Source: Octopus sinensis
Lineage: Eukaryota
Reading direction: 5' to 3'
Assembly: GCF_006345805.1 (NCBI RefSeq)
Contig: NW_021826035.1
Coordinates: 1 to 13,891, forward strand
DNA: 13,891 nt
Positions 1-9,510 of the stretch are shown here, piece by piece. The notes below the pieces were generated by a model, which saw only the letters and a program-made list of their open reading frames with translations, was not told where the DNA came from and searched no databases. Position 1 is the stretch's first letter. The number at the start of each line of letters is the position of its first letter. The position numbers and the translations under genes were made by a program.

Positions 1-199
1 TATCTTCGTTAATTCTGTAAATTCGGGTTATGGCCACCATTGGATTTCCACATGAACATTGGCTGTCATACACGATTTTGTTGTTAATACTTACGTGCAA
101 CAGACTGCTTATACTCCACAAAATATTTAAACAATTTTTAAAATATAGTTCTTAATAATATTTAGTTATAAAAATATAGTGGTATATGTTAAACTTTCA

Positions 200-274
200 A
201 ATAGGTCCAGTAGAGTAAAACAATAATTAGAAGGTCCCACAGGCAAAAAATGGTTGAGAAGTACTGCTCTAAAT
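200..274 (+). mobile_element. Right end of a probable hAT (Charlie-like) non-autonomous element: TIR plus possible target site
   Basis: ggttgagaagtactg (252-266) is the reverse complement of CAGTACTTCTCAACC, which resembles Charlie-type TIRs. It is followed by ctctaaat (267-274), matching the NTCTARAN Charlie target preference. No left TIR is seen in the window, and the start coordinate is approximate. Confidence 0.45.
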
Positions 275-419
275 TGTATTAAAACAATATTTTATTCTAT
301 ATTATTCCATTTTTTTTTTTACTAAACCACTGAATTTACATTTGAATACGTATGATTTTTGAAAATATATTTTTTCTGGCCTTTTCTGCACTTTAGTAAA
401 AGGTTATGGCTTAAAAAGA

Positions 420-1200
420 AAAATCAATATGCATTTTGAAAATCAAGCAATTAATTTGTACGTTCCGCTTACGTGTATATTGCAAACCCAGTTTATAACA
501 TCTACCGAACATCTGTTTATTTAATTTCACCAGTGACAAGTAACTACTTTTAAAAACCCCGTTTCGTTTGTGGAAGCACTAAGAATGAAAACTATTTTGG
601 AAAAATTATTGCATTCAATATCCCTAAATTTAGCAATCCCACGGTATTTGTTGCTTGTTGCACATCTGACAAAAAAAAAAAAAAAAAGCAGAAAATGGAT
701 TATTTTATCATTCTCTCTAATTAATGAGATATCATCAAAGACTTCATCTATATTTAAATTTTCTCAGTTTTAAAACGTCAACGATTCCAACACGCTGTTG
801 TTATTTTGGAAATGCTTTGTCTAAAAAATGTGAAATTTTAAATTTTTCAAATGTTGAATAATCTGAAAATAGTTAAATCTCTTTTCGCTGATATCCAATC
901 GCAGAATTGTAAAACAATTTGAAGTCTTTAATCATCTACTTAGTCTATGTTGTACTAACATTTTGAGAATGTTGCCAAACTTGATAGATGAAAAATTCCG
1001 CTTCATGTCGGTTTTTAAATTTTTTTTTTTTTATAGAAATGATACAGAATACTGAGAACAAGGGCAGCAGTGATTTCATTCTACTCAAGTTCTTTAACAA
1101 TTAATACGAATATTTCCAATAGATTCTGTGAGACCAACGAAAAAACTTCCATGACTGTTGATATATTTGTTGGAAGTTTCTTCAATCGGGAAAGCCAAAA
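420..1200 (-). pseudogene. Decayed hAT-superfamily transposase, C-terminal half
   Basis: Manual minus-strand translation across stops and frameshifts gives FKNRHEAEFF..., MIKDFKLFYNSAIGY, LNIDEVFDDISLI, NFSKIVFILS, SLVKL-K*TDVR-RC and LQ. The order and spacing match my recollection of hAT C-terminal/dimerisation regions (KNR.E.KFF, DF..FY..AI.Y, N.DEL.DE, NL.KIV.FILS, FS.MK.KW.D.RNR). Several in-frame stops and poly-A/T expansions are present. Confidence 0.6.
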
Positions 1201-1257
1201 AAAAAAAAAAGAAAAAATTCAACTTCTTGCTAGGGCAATTATTTGGTCTACTTAAAA

Positions 1258-1625
1258 TCATCATCATCATTGTTTGACCGTGGTCGAGACAATGGAATTT
1301 ACCATGCTACGCCAGACTTCACGGTCCATCATGGCATTACGGAGGTCCTGTTCCTGGATGCCTGTATCCCTGGAGATTACATCAGGGTAGGAGAGTGTGC
1401 GCCCTCTGGTATTGCGAGTAGATGGCTTCCAGAGGAGAAGAGTAGAAATTACTTCTTTTTCAGCTCTACAACAATGTCCAGCAAACTGGACTCTCCTACC
1501 TTTCACAAGAGATGACACAGGTGGTAGTTTCCATATTTTGCATTTTGGTTGGATGGCGCTTTCACGAGAGATTTTGAGCTCTCATAAGGAGGCGAGTGTA
1601 GGTTCCATCCAACCGCCTCTCAAAA
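1258..1625 (-). mobile_element. 5'-truncated RTE-like LINE 3' end (ORF2 C-terminus plus (TGA)n tail)
   Basis: The minus strand encodes ERRLDGTYTRLLMRAQNLS*KRHPTK, then a frameshift, then LPPVSSLVKGRRVQFAGHC...LLWKP...RGRTLSYPDVISRDTG...AMMDREVWRSMV. This is the typical post-RT C-terminus of RTE-clade LINEs. It ends directly in a short (TGA)4 tail at 1258-1269. No TSD was found. Confidence 0.85.
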
Positions 1626-1785
1626 CGAGGAACTCAGAGGTAACGATGGCCACATGATTCGTACACTGCGAAAAATTTTCCGTAGAAATCATATCAAATG
1701 GAAGTCAGTCTCTGAGACTTTAGCGCCTACTGAAGAGAAACGATTGTGTGTAGATTTTCGAACGGGAGATATAGCAGTTAGAATG

Positions 1786-1828
1786 TAGCTTAGCTTGGCT
1801 TGGCTTGGCTTAGCTTAGCTGGAGCTGG
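1786..1828. repeat. Pentanucleotide (AGCTT/GGCTT)n tandem repeat
   Basis: tagcttagcttggcttggcttggcttagcttagctggagctgg. Confidence 0.85.
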
Positions 1829-1874
1829 AAAGTATTAAAATAAAAGTATTAAAATAAAAGTATTAAAATAAAAG
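1829..1874. repeat. Three exact tandem copies of the 14-mer aaagtattaaaata
   Basis: Copies at 1829-1842, 1843-1856 and 1857-1870, plus a partial copy (aaag), abutting the truncation point of the mariner transposase. Confidence 0.9.
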
Positions 1875-2470
1875 GCGCGTTTTCATTCCGTTTATAAAGC
1901 GAATCACAGATGGAAATGCTATCCAGAAGGTTCTTCTCACTCAACTCATGCGGTACCCAAACATCATATCGATATGTGTACCAAAGATTTACCAGGTGCT
2001 CATGAACGACGGATTTGCTAGGTTGAGGCTTTCTGCCAATTCCCGGGTTGTGCAATGTGAGTTATTCTCAATTAATGATTTGATTTGGTCATCATCTGTA
2101 GTGGATGGTCTGCCCGATCCCGCTTTATCAATCTCCTGCTTGGAACATTGCGAACCACTTCCGTACATCTCTTTCGGATAAAGAAACATCACCGTAAACT
2201 GCGAATATTTTTTGGTTGCTTTAGGGGCATTTTTCTCTTTACAGAAAAAGAAAAGCATCAAGTGCCGAAAATGAACTTTCTTGTCTTCTATTTTAAAGGG
2301 TAACAGAATTAACACAGGTTATAGGAACATAACCCTTCTTCCACGAAAAGTTAGCTTAAACTGTGCTCTAAATGGAGGTGTAGTCAAATCCTATTTTATG
2401 GACTCAACCATGCTCTAAAATAAGTCCGAAATGTAAGCTACTATAAATCGGCACGAACTTTCCGGAGACC
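1873..2470 (-). mobile_element. Mariner element, 5' portion: TIR, 5' UTR and degraded transposase N-terminus
   Basis: The minus strand gives (M>I)EDKKVHFRHLMLFF, SERDVRKWF, SGRPSTTDDDQIKSLIEN...TTRELAE, SKSVVHEHL and the mariner WVPHEL motif, then ICDSLYKRNENAPF. It is truncated before the first catalytic Asp and carries frameshifts. A TIR-like sequence ggtctccggaaagttcgtgccgattta lies at 2444-2470. Confidence 0.9.
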
Positions 2471-2585
2471 GCAAAAGTTTAATTAATGAGCTTTTGTATG
2501 TTTAGTACTTGATTGTACGAGACAGCTTCAGCTAGGCTTTACTTTAGTGTAATAAATACCCGATATCTATTACCGAAAACTCTAA

Positions 2586-2801
2586 ATAATAATTGTTTCT
2601 AATCTTGGCACAGTTAAAGGGGTGAATTTAAATTCATTACATCAACAATGACAAAACCGATGTGATACAATTGCTATTTATGTTAATCGGAACGACGAAA
2701 GGCAAAGTCAGCCTGGGCGGAGTTTGAACGGAAAGATCAGTTAGAAATGCCGCTAATCATTTTTTACCGACGTGCTAACGATTCTGCCAGCTCACTGCAT
2801 T
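2586..2801 (-). mobile_element. tRNA-derived SINE, family A (diverged)
   Basis: On the minus strand: A box TGGCAGAATCGTTAG (2775-2789), B box GTTCAAACTCC (2719-2729), body 'gactttgcctttcgtc' and an AAT-like tail. Homologous to the copies at 5016, 7576 and 7876. Confidence 0.8.
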
Positions 2802-3016
2802 TGGAATCTTACTAATCTCGTAGATTTGAAACCGAGAAAGCATTGCACATATATGGAAATATGTCGCAGATTCCATATTTGTTTTACGGAATGTACGCTT
2901 GCCGAGTGAAAATTGCGATTTGTATAGTAACAAAGTTATTAGTTTACCAGCAATAACATGAAATATCCCAAAGTTATATTTACACACCTGATACGTGCAT
3001 GTAATTGTTTCCTTCA

Positions 3017-3064
3017 CTGATGAGGTTGAACTAAGTATCGAAACCCAGCACTGTGTTCGGGGTC
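3017..3064 (+). ncRNA. Hammerhead ribozyme-like catalytic core (helix I not evident)
   Basis: CTGATGA, then G...C closing helix II, then GAAA, helix III ACCC/GGGT and a GTC triplet. No cis helix I pairing was found. Confidence 0.4.
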
Positions 3065-3140
3065 CATTAATATGTATATTATGTATACACATACACACAT
3101 ACATATATGTGTGTAGGTGTGTAAGTAAGTATGTGCGTAG

Positions 3141-3171
<31 letters not shown>

Positions 3172-3197
3172 TAATAATAATAATAATAATAATAATA

Positions 3198-3228
<31 letters not shown>
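3141..3228. repeat. (AAT)n microsatellite
   Basis: About 29 nearly perfect AAT units. Confidence 0.97.
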
Positions 3229-3682
3229 CTGCTCAATACCACAGATTTGCTTGTCAGTTGTTTGACCGTAACCAGTTGAGCATGTCCCCTAGTAGCTGAC
3301 GATATGTGCATCTCTGATCACGAGCAGAAGTAGTGGGGAGCATCATAGCATGTGTTGAGAGGGATTCTTTGGGTTGAATAATTCACCTCTGGAAACATGG
3401 GTGGTTCATTCAACATCCTTAAACAACCCTATTCAGGACCTTTTGAGCGGGATGGGCTACTCACCTGAAGAAAATTCTAACTGGGCCCCACCTGCAAGGT
3501 CATGCGCTGTTTATCTTAATATGAGATCACCATGTCACGCACATATGGTTGTGATGCATGTGCCTGGTGTACCCTTATCAGACGGGTAGTCATGATGGGT
3601 ATATTGGGCTTCGTATATTTTACCCCAGTGTCACTTTGATGGCATGAACTGCTCTCCCACTCAATATAATAATAATAATAAT
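3229..3682 (+). mobile_element. 3' end of a non-LTR retroelement embedded in (AAT)n (possibly R4/Dong-like 3' UTR)
   Basis: About 430 bp of non-coding, GC-richer sequence flanked on both sides by AAT repeats, ending ...ctgctctcccactc-aatataataataat. I recall this as a high-copy octopus repeat. The R4/Dong assignment rests on recall and on the TAA-repeat target. Confidence 0.6.
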
Positions 3683-3893
3683 GATAAGAATACTAATATT
3701 ATAAGATCGGTCAAACGATCGTGGTAAAAGACAGTTTGCTAGTTTTTAGCCTAAATATAGCTTGTATAGTAAATATATGTGACTCAATAACTGATCAGTA
3801 GAATTTATTGATCAATGCATCATATACATTTCATTTTCTATTCATATGACCTTACCTGGTCGAAACTTCGAAGTCACTATTTATAATATTCTT

Positions 3894-3896
<3 letters not shown>

Positions 3897-3956
<60 letters not shown>

Positions 3957-3974
3957 AACACACACACACACACA
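3897..3974. repeat. (CA)n microsatellite
   Basis: Long CA run with rare 'caaa' interruptions. Confidence 0.98.
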
Positions 3975-4438
3975 GAACTTTTAAAAGAAATTTTATCAGT
4001 AGCCAGCATTTAAAATGAAATCAATTAAGGTGAAATTTAGCTTGTTGCATCGAATACTACACGTGTGTTTATGATTTCTTTGAGTGGTGAGACAATTTAG
4101 CGTCTATTACTCAAGATATAGGCCATAAAATCTTTCTAAGCCGTTATTATAATTACACAAACACGCAAATACAAACACACACACACAATATTTATAAACA
4201 AATTTTTCAGTCAGTTCTTTAGATAAATGTTGCTTTGAATCGGAGTATATATTATTATTATGATATATTATTATAATGTTATAATTGTGTATATATATGT
4301 AGGGTTTGACTGCTATTTCGGAATGGTGGTGTCTCTCGATACCCTTATTTATAGTTGTGAAAAATTATTACCATTGCATGGTATTTATTTCCATGCTGGC
4401 CACTTGATAATATCGATATTTAAATATCGTTATCTCCT

Positions 4439-4517
<79 letters not shown>

Positions 4518-4674
4518 ATATATACATACATACTATATACAAACACACAATGATAACAATAAAATAATGTGTGTGTGTATATACATACATATATATATAC
4601 TCACATATATATACATATATACATATATATATGCATATATATGTGTGTGGGTGTATGTATGTTTATATACATAC

Positions 4675-4707
<33 letters not shown>

Positions 4708-4712
4708 ATATA
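4439..4712. repeat. (TA)n/(TACA)n/(TG)n compound microsatellite
   Basis: Direct inspection; short non-repeat spacer at ~4550-4567. Confidence 0.95.
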
Positions 4713-4905
4713 GTTGAAATTTATAGAAAAACGAAAGACGAAGACAGGTGTATAAACAAGAAGCAGGTGTATTAGTTTGACGCTCGGGAAGGTGAGAAAG
4801 TCTTTGACGTTTCGGGCTTATGCTCTTCAACAGAAAGGAATAAGAGAAATAACAGAGAATAAAAAAAATCTTATGGAGTTAGCGGTCGATCATGGCAACT
4901 GACTG
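4713..4905 (-). mobile_element. Penelope-like element terminal (pseudo-LTR) fragment
   Basis: Contains gacgtttcg-N-ctcttcaacagaaag, the reverse complement of a CTGNTGAAG...CGAAACGTC motif typical of Penelope pLTRs. It is flanked by (TA)n on the left and (TA)/(TG)n on the right. Boundaries are approximate. Confidence 0.6.
4802..4837 (-). ncRNA. Minimal type I hammerhead ribozyme-like motif
   Basis: Minus strand: CUUU-CUGUUGA-A-GAGC(AUAA)GCCC-GAAA-CG-UC-AAAG. Helix I is CUUU/AAAG, helix III is the palindromic ACGU, and the triplet is GUC. The core has U at position 6 and helix II has one mismatch. Confidence 0.55.
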
Positions 4906-4928
4906 GACAAAGGTAGTTAGACAGTATA

Positions 4929-4983
<55 letters not shown>
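4929..4983. repeat. (TA)n(TG)n microsatellite
   Basis: Direct inspection. Confidence 0.97.
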
Positions 4984-4984
<1 letters not shown>

Positions 4985-5015
4985 TCACTTACATCAATAT
5001 CAATATTCGTACTGT

Positions 5016-5220
5016 GAGGTTGCAAAGATGGCAGAGTCGTTAGCGTGTCGGTAAAAATTGTTTAGTGACATTTCTTCCGTCTTTTACCTTTCTCCGATTT
5101 TACCTTCCACCCTTTCTTGGTCGATACAAAGAGCACCCGTTGAGCACGGAGGATGTCAATATAATCGACTAGCCCCACCTCCTTGCACATTCCGGGCCTA
5201 GTTGAAAGGATATCATCATT
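5016..5220 (+). mobile_element. tRNA-derived SINE, family A (diverged, B box lost)
   Basis: A box tggcagagtcgttag (5029-5043), body 'ttttaccttccaccctttcttggtcgata...gagcac...taatcgactagcccc' and an atcatcatt tail. The B-box segment is absent. Confidence 0.7.
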
Positions 5221-5314
5221 CGCAACATCCGTTGCATCATGCAAGCATCATCAGATTGCACCATGTGCGTGATGACACGTGACCTTGTCGTTCGATTGTC
5301 GAAACTCACAAGCA

Positions 5315-5377
5315 GTACTAGTGGTAGTAGAAGTAGTAATGGTTGTGGTAGTAGTAGAAGTAGTAGTAGTGGTTGTG

Positions 5378-5420
<43 letters not shown>

Positions 5421-5609
5421 TAGTAGTGGTGTGGTAGTAGTAGTAGTGTAGTAGTAGTAGTGGTAGTAGTAGTGGTGGTGGTAGTAGTAGCTACAACAGA
5501 AGCTGCAGAAGCAGAAGCAATAGTCGTTGAAGTGGTAGATGTAGTAGAAATAGTAGTAATAGTAGTAGTGGTAGTTGTTATTGTTGTTGTAGTTGCAGTT
5601 GTAGTAACT

Positions 5610-5645
<36 letters not shown>

Positions 5646-5719
5646 ACAGCAGCAGCAATAGTGGTAGGTGTTGTTGAAGCAGTAGCAGCTGCAACTGGAG
5701 TAGTAGTAATAGCTGCAGC

Positions 5720-5756
<37 letters not shown>

Positions 5757-5830
5757 GCAGCAGCAGCAACAGAAGCAGTGGGTACCGTAGCAGCAATGGT
5801 ATTAGTACGGGTAACAACAGTGAGACGCTA
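5315..5830. repeat. Degenerate (GTA/GCA/GTG/GTT)n trinucleotide array
   Basis: Direct inspection; source of the poly-Val/Ser/Leu ORFs. Confidence 0.95.
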
Positions 5831-5863
5831 GTAGTTGCGGTTCGGAAGATAATTCAGAAGAAA

Positions 5864-5912
5864 GCAACAACAACAACAATAACAACAACAATAACAACAA
5901 CAACAACAGCAA
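5864..5912. repeat. (CAA/TAA)n microsatellite
   Basis: Direct inspection. Confidence 0.95.
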
Positions 5913-6048
5913 CATGTCTTCCTTGGTTCCATACAACTATCAACCGTCAAAAAAAAAAATGTAAAAATGTATTTTGATCATGTTTTATAGGTCAGCCATG
6001 TTGTTTTCCGCATTTATCTCCTTGCTTTCCTTCTTTTTTCTTTCTTTT

Positions 6049-6073
6049 TATTATTATTACGTTGTAAGTTCAA

Positions 6074-6118
<45 letters not shown>

Positions 6119-6212
6119 TTATTATTAGCATTATTATTATTAATATTTTTTATTAGTATTATCATTATTACTATTATCACCACCATCATCATTATTATTA
6201 TCATTATTATTA

Positions 6213-6259
<47 letters not shown>

Positions 6260-6286
6260 TTATTATTATTATTATCATTATTGTTG

Positions 6287-6330
<44 letters not shown>

Positions 6331-6486
6331 GTTATTATTATATTATTATTATTATCATTATTGTTGTTGTTATTATTATTATTAGATTATTATTTTATTT
6401 ATTATTGTTATTATTATTATTATTTTATTATTATTATATTATATTATATTATTATTATTATTATTATCATTATTGTTGTGTTATTA

Positions 6487-6518
<32 letters not shown>

Positions 6519-6519
6519 G

Positions 6520-6564
<45 letters not shown>

Positions 6565-6592
6565 TCTATTATTATTATTATTTTTATATTTA
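6049..6592. repeat. Long (ATT)n array, ~540 bp, with GTT/ATC variants
   Basis: Direct inspection. Confidence 0.97.
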
Positions 6593-6984
6593 TCTATATT
6601 TTTTTTTCAAGCGACGAGAGTTAGATGAAATAATAATGAAGGGAGAATTAAGCGTGGTTAATGCTGGCCTCTTGTATCGCGTTCTCTATGCAGATCTGAC
6701 ATTTCATGACTCTCGCTCTCTCTCTTAATGGACCGACTGGAAATTCACTGCAAAGAACGTGGGAAAATATAAAATATTTTCTCTTATGTATTTCTGTTAC
6801 TGTGGTTGTGTGTAGGTGTGTGTTGGTGTGTGTGTGTGTGTGTGTGTGGAGAGATAGAATGAGGCAGAGAGAGGGAGAAATGGAGAGACTGATGAATAAG
6901 ATAATTGCTATAGATCACATCTAGAGAAAAAATATGAGTGTTTATAAACAACAACGATAAAGACGATGGCGTCAGCGAAGGCAA

Positions 6985-7150
6985 CTACGACCAATAACAG
7001 TGCAGCAGTAACAACAACAACAACGACAACAACAACAACAACAACAGCAGCAAAAGCAACAACGGTAATAATAATATCAATGACATCAATAATTACAAAA
7101 AACGAACAACGACGACGACGACGACAACAAGAACAAGAACAACAACAGCA
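6985..7150. repeat. (CAA/CGA/CAG)n degenerate array
   Basis: Direct inspection. Confidence 0.9.
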
Positions 7151-7294
7151 CGATGGGTGGATGGGGTAGCAAAATATGGGTGCTGATCCTTCAAAAAAGG
7201 GCAGCCAAATCTACTCTGAAAATATTTATTACATATAAGGTAATGTAGTCCAAGATGAACAACTTCTAAAACAAAGACAATAAGGTCCTTATCT

Positions 7295-7516
7295 CTTTTC
7301 TTCTTCCTCGTCATCATCTTCTTCGTCTCTCCTTTTCTTGTCGTCGTTCTTCTTCTTCTTCTTCTCCTTCTCTTCTTCTTCTTCTTCTTCTTCTTCTTCT
7401 TCTTCTTCTCATTCTTTTCCTACCGCTCCTCCTCCTCCTCCTCCTCCTCCTCCCCTTCTTCTTCTTCTTCTTCTTCTTCTTTTTCTCCTCCTCCTCCTCC
7501 TCCTTCTTTTTCTTCA
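7295..7516. repeat. (CTT/CCT)n polypyrimidine array
   Basis: About 220 bp, almost purely pyrimidine on the + strand. Confidence 0.95.
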
Positions 7517-7575
7517 AGACGGGTCTCAGTATTCCACAAAAGGAATATGCGTCCATCGTTACTTTTAATAGATCC

Positions 7576-7722
7576 CTTATTTAATCGACCCTGGAAAGAT
7601 GAAAGAAAGGCAAAGTCGACCTCAGTGGAATTTGAACTCAGAACGTAGCAACGGGCGATATACCGCCAAGCATTTGGTCCAGCGTGTTAACGATTCTGCA
7701 AACTCGCCGCCTTCGCCACCTT
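7576..7722 (-). mobile_element. tRNA-derived SINE, family A (head and central domain)
   Basis: Starts aaggtggcgaaggcggcgagtttgcagaatcgttaac on the minus strand (the first 9 bp are duplicated). B box GTTCAAATTCC at 7627-7637; central gtcgactttgcctttc...ggtcgattaaataag. The 3' part is missing. Confidence 0.88.
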
Positions 7723-7730
7723 AATAATTT

Positions 7731-7875
7731 TGATGATAAGGATGATGACGACAATGATGATGATGGTGATGGTGATGATGATTAAGACGATGATGATGAT
7801 CATGATGATGATGATCATGATGGTGGTGATAAGGAAGATGATGATAATGATGATGATGAAGGGGAGGATGAGGAT
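7731..7875. repeat. (GAT)n microsatellite
   Basis: Direct inspection; continuous with the tail of the SINE at 7876-8011. Confidence 0.95.
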
Positions 7876-8011
7876 GATTTCAAATTTTAAAACAAGGCCA
7901 GCAACTTCGGGGGTGGGGTAAAAGGCAAAGTCGACCTCAGAGGAATTTGAACTCAGAAAATAAAGACGGACGAAATGCCGCTATGCTTTCTGTCCGGCGA
8001 GCTAACGATTC
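7876..8011 (-). mobile_element. tRNA-derived SINE, family A (internally deleted)
   Basis: A-box remnant gaatcgttagc and B box GTTCAAATTCC (7942-7952). gtcgactttgccttt is joined directly to the 3' segment ccccacccccgaagttgctggccttgtt. Confidence 0.85.
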
Positions 8012-8022
8012 CCGTCTAAATA

Positions 8023-8068
8023 ACTACGACGACGATGATGATGGTGGTGGTGGTGGAGGTGGAGGTGG

Positions 8069-8109
<41 letters not shown>

Positions 8110-8236
8110 GTGATGATGTTGATGGTGATGATGATGATGATGGTGATGATAATGATGATGATGGTGATGATAATGATGGTGATGGTGATGATGGTGATGG
8201 TGATGATGATGATGATGATGGTGATGATGTTGATGG

Positions 8237-8291
<55 letters not shown>

Positions 8292-8370
8292 GGTGGTGAC
8301 AGCAAATAACAATAGAAACGATTACAACAAGAACAACAAGAACAACAACTACAGCAACAACCACCACAGC
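8023..8370. repeat. (GAT/GGT)n array followed by (CAA)n
   Basis: Direct inspection; source of the poly-Asp/His/Met ORFs. Confidence 0.95.
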
Positions 8371-8519
8371 TATTTTATAATCGTTGCAACAACTGCGAAT
8401 GCACCTGCAGCTACAAATGCAGCTGTAATTATAACAATTAGAGAGAGAGCTCATCAAATGACTAGGTTATGTTCGAAATTGTCTCCGTTTCGTGACACCA
8501 GCAGATGTACAGAGGTATG

Positions 8520-8830
8520 TATTGTGTGTATGCAAATGCGCGCACACACAGACACACGCACGCATACATGTATCTGTATCTGTGTGTGTATGTGTTTATG
8601 TGTACATGTGTGTGTATTTGACTAAGTGTATATGCATATATGTATGTACGTATATACGTATGTGTATATATGTACATATGTAAATATATATATCGTAGGG
8701 TTTTACACAGATACACACACACATATATGTATATATATATATATATGTATATATATACATACATATATTATATGTATGTATGTATGTATATATAATATAT
8801 ATAATAAATATATATATACACATACATACA

Positions 8831-8886
<56 letters not shown>

Positions 8887-8989
8887 GTATATATGTATGT
8901 ATGTATGTATATTTATATATATATATACACATACATACATATATATATGTATGTATATATATATATATATACATACATATATATATATG

Positions 8990-9029
<40 letters not shown>

Positions 9030-9453
9030 CATACATATATTATGTGTAAATATATATGTATATCTATACGCATGTCTCTATCTCACCTCTCAATTTACAC
9101 ACACGCACACTCACATGCACAGTACAGAGGCACACACACACACATACATTCACATATATAACCACATATACACACAAATACATACATGCACGTTAACGTA
9201 CACAAACACATACGTATACTTTTGTGTGTATGTTTAGATGCAGCTGCATGTGCGCTTGTGCTAGTGTGTGTGCATGTGTGTGTGTGCATGTGTGTGTGTG
9301 TGTGTGTGTATGTGTGTGTGTGTGTACATGTGTGCGTGTCCACTTTATGTGTCAACTGACTTTTCCAACCGCATTCTTAAGTGCAATACTCTTTAAGTAT
9401 ATACAACGTAACATGATAATTATGTATGACATATGTTCACAGAACACACACAC

Positions 9454-9490
<37 letters not shown>

Positions 9491-9510
9491 CACACACACA
9501 ATACACATAT
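8520..9510. repeat. ~1 kb compound (TA)/(CA)/(TG)/(TACA) microsatellite
   Basis: Alternating purine-pyrimidine blocks with short unique spacers. Confidence 0.95.

Noticed and set aside
1243-1657. Plus-strand ORFs 1243-1515 and 1397-1657
   Set aside because: Antisense shadows of the minus-strand RTE fragment.
1630-1785. Possible continuation of the hAT transposase (minus: ETDFHLI*...RIMWPSL) or a mariner HTH fragment (plus)
   Set aside because: The similarity is too weak and the motif spacing is off; left unassigned.
1829-1874. Direct-repeat array as a possible CRISPR
   Set aside because: The repeats are adjacent with no spacers, and the context is eukaryotic with no cas genes.
4406-4434. 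16-bp perfect palindrome cgatatttaaatatcg with an imperfect extension
   Set aside because: About one such palindrome is expected by chance in 14 kb of AT-rich DNA, and there is no supporting context.
5265-5312. gtgatga...gtcgaaactc resembling a hammerhead
   Set aside because: The core starts with G rather than C, and no workable helix I or III is present.
8466-8520. Possible small exon ending at the strong donor cagag|GTATGT (8514/8515)
   Set aside because: The upstream acceptor lacks a pyrimidine tract, the peptide is not recognisable, and GTATGT arises easily at the edge of TA/TG microsatellites.
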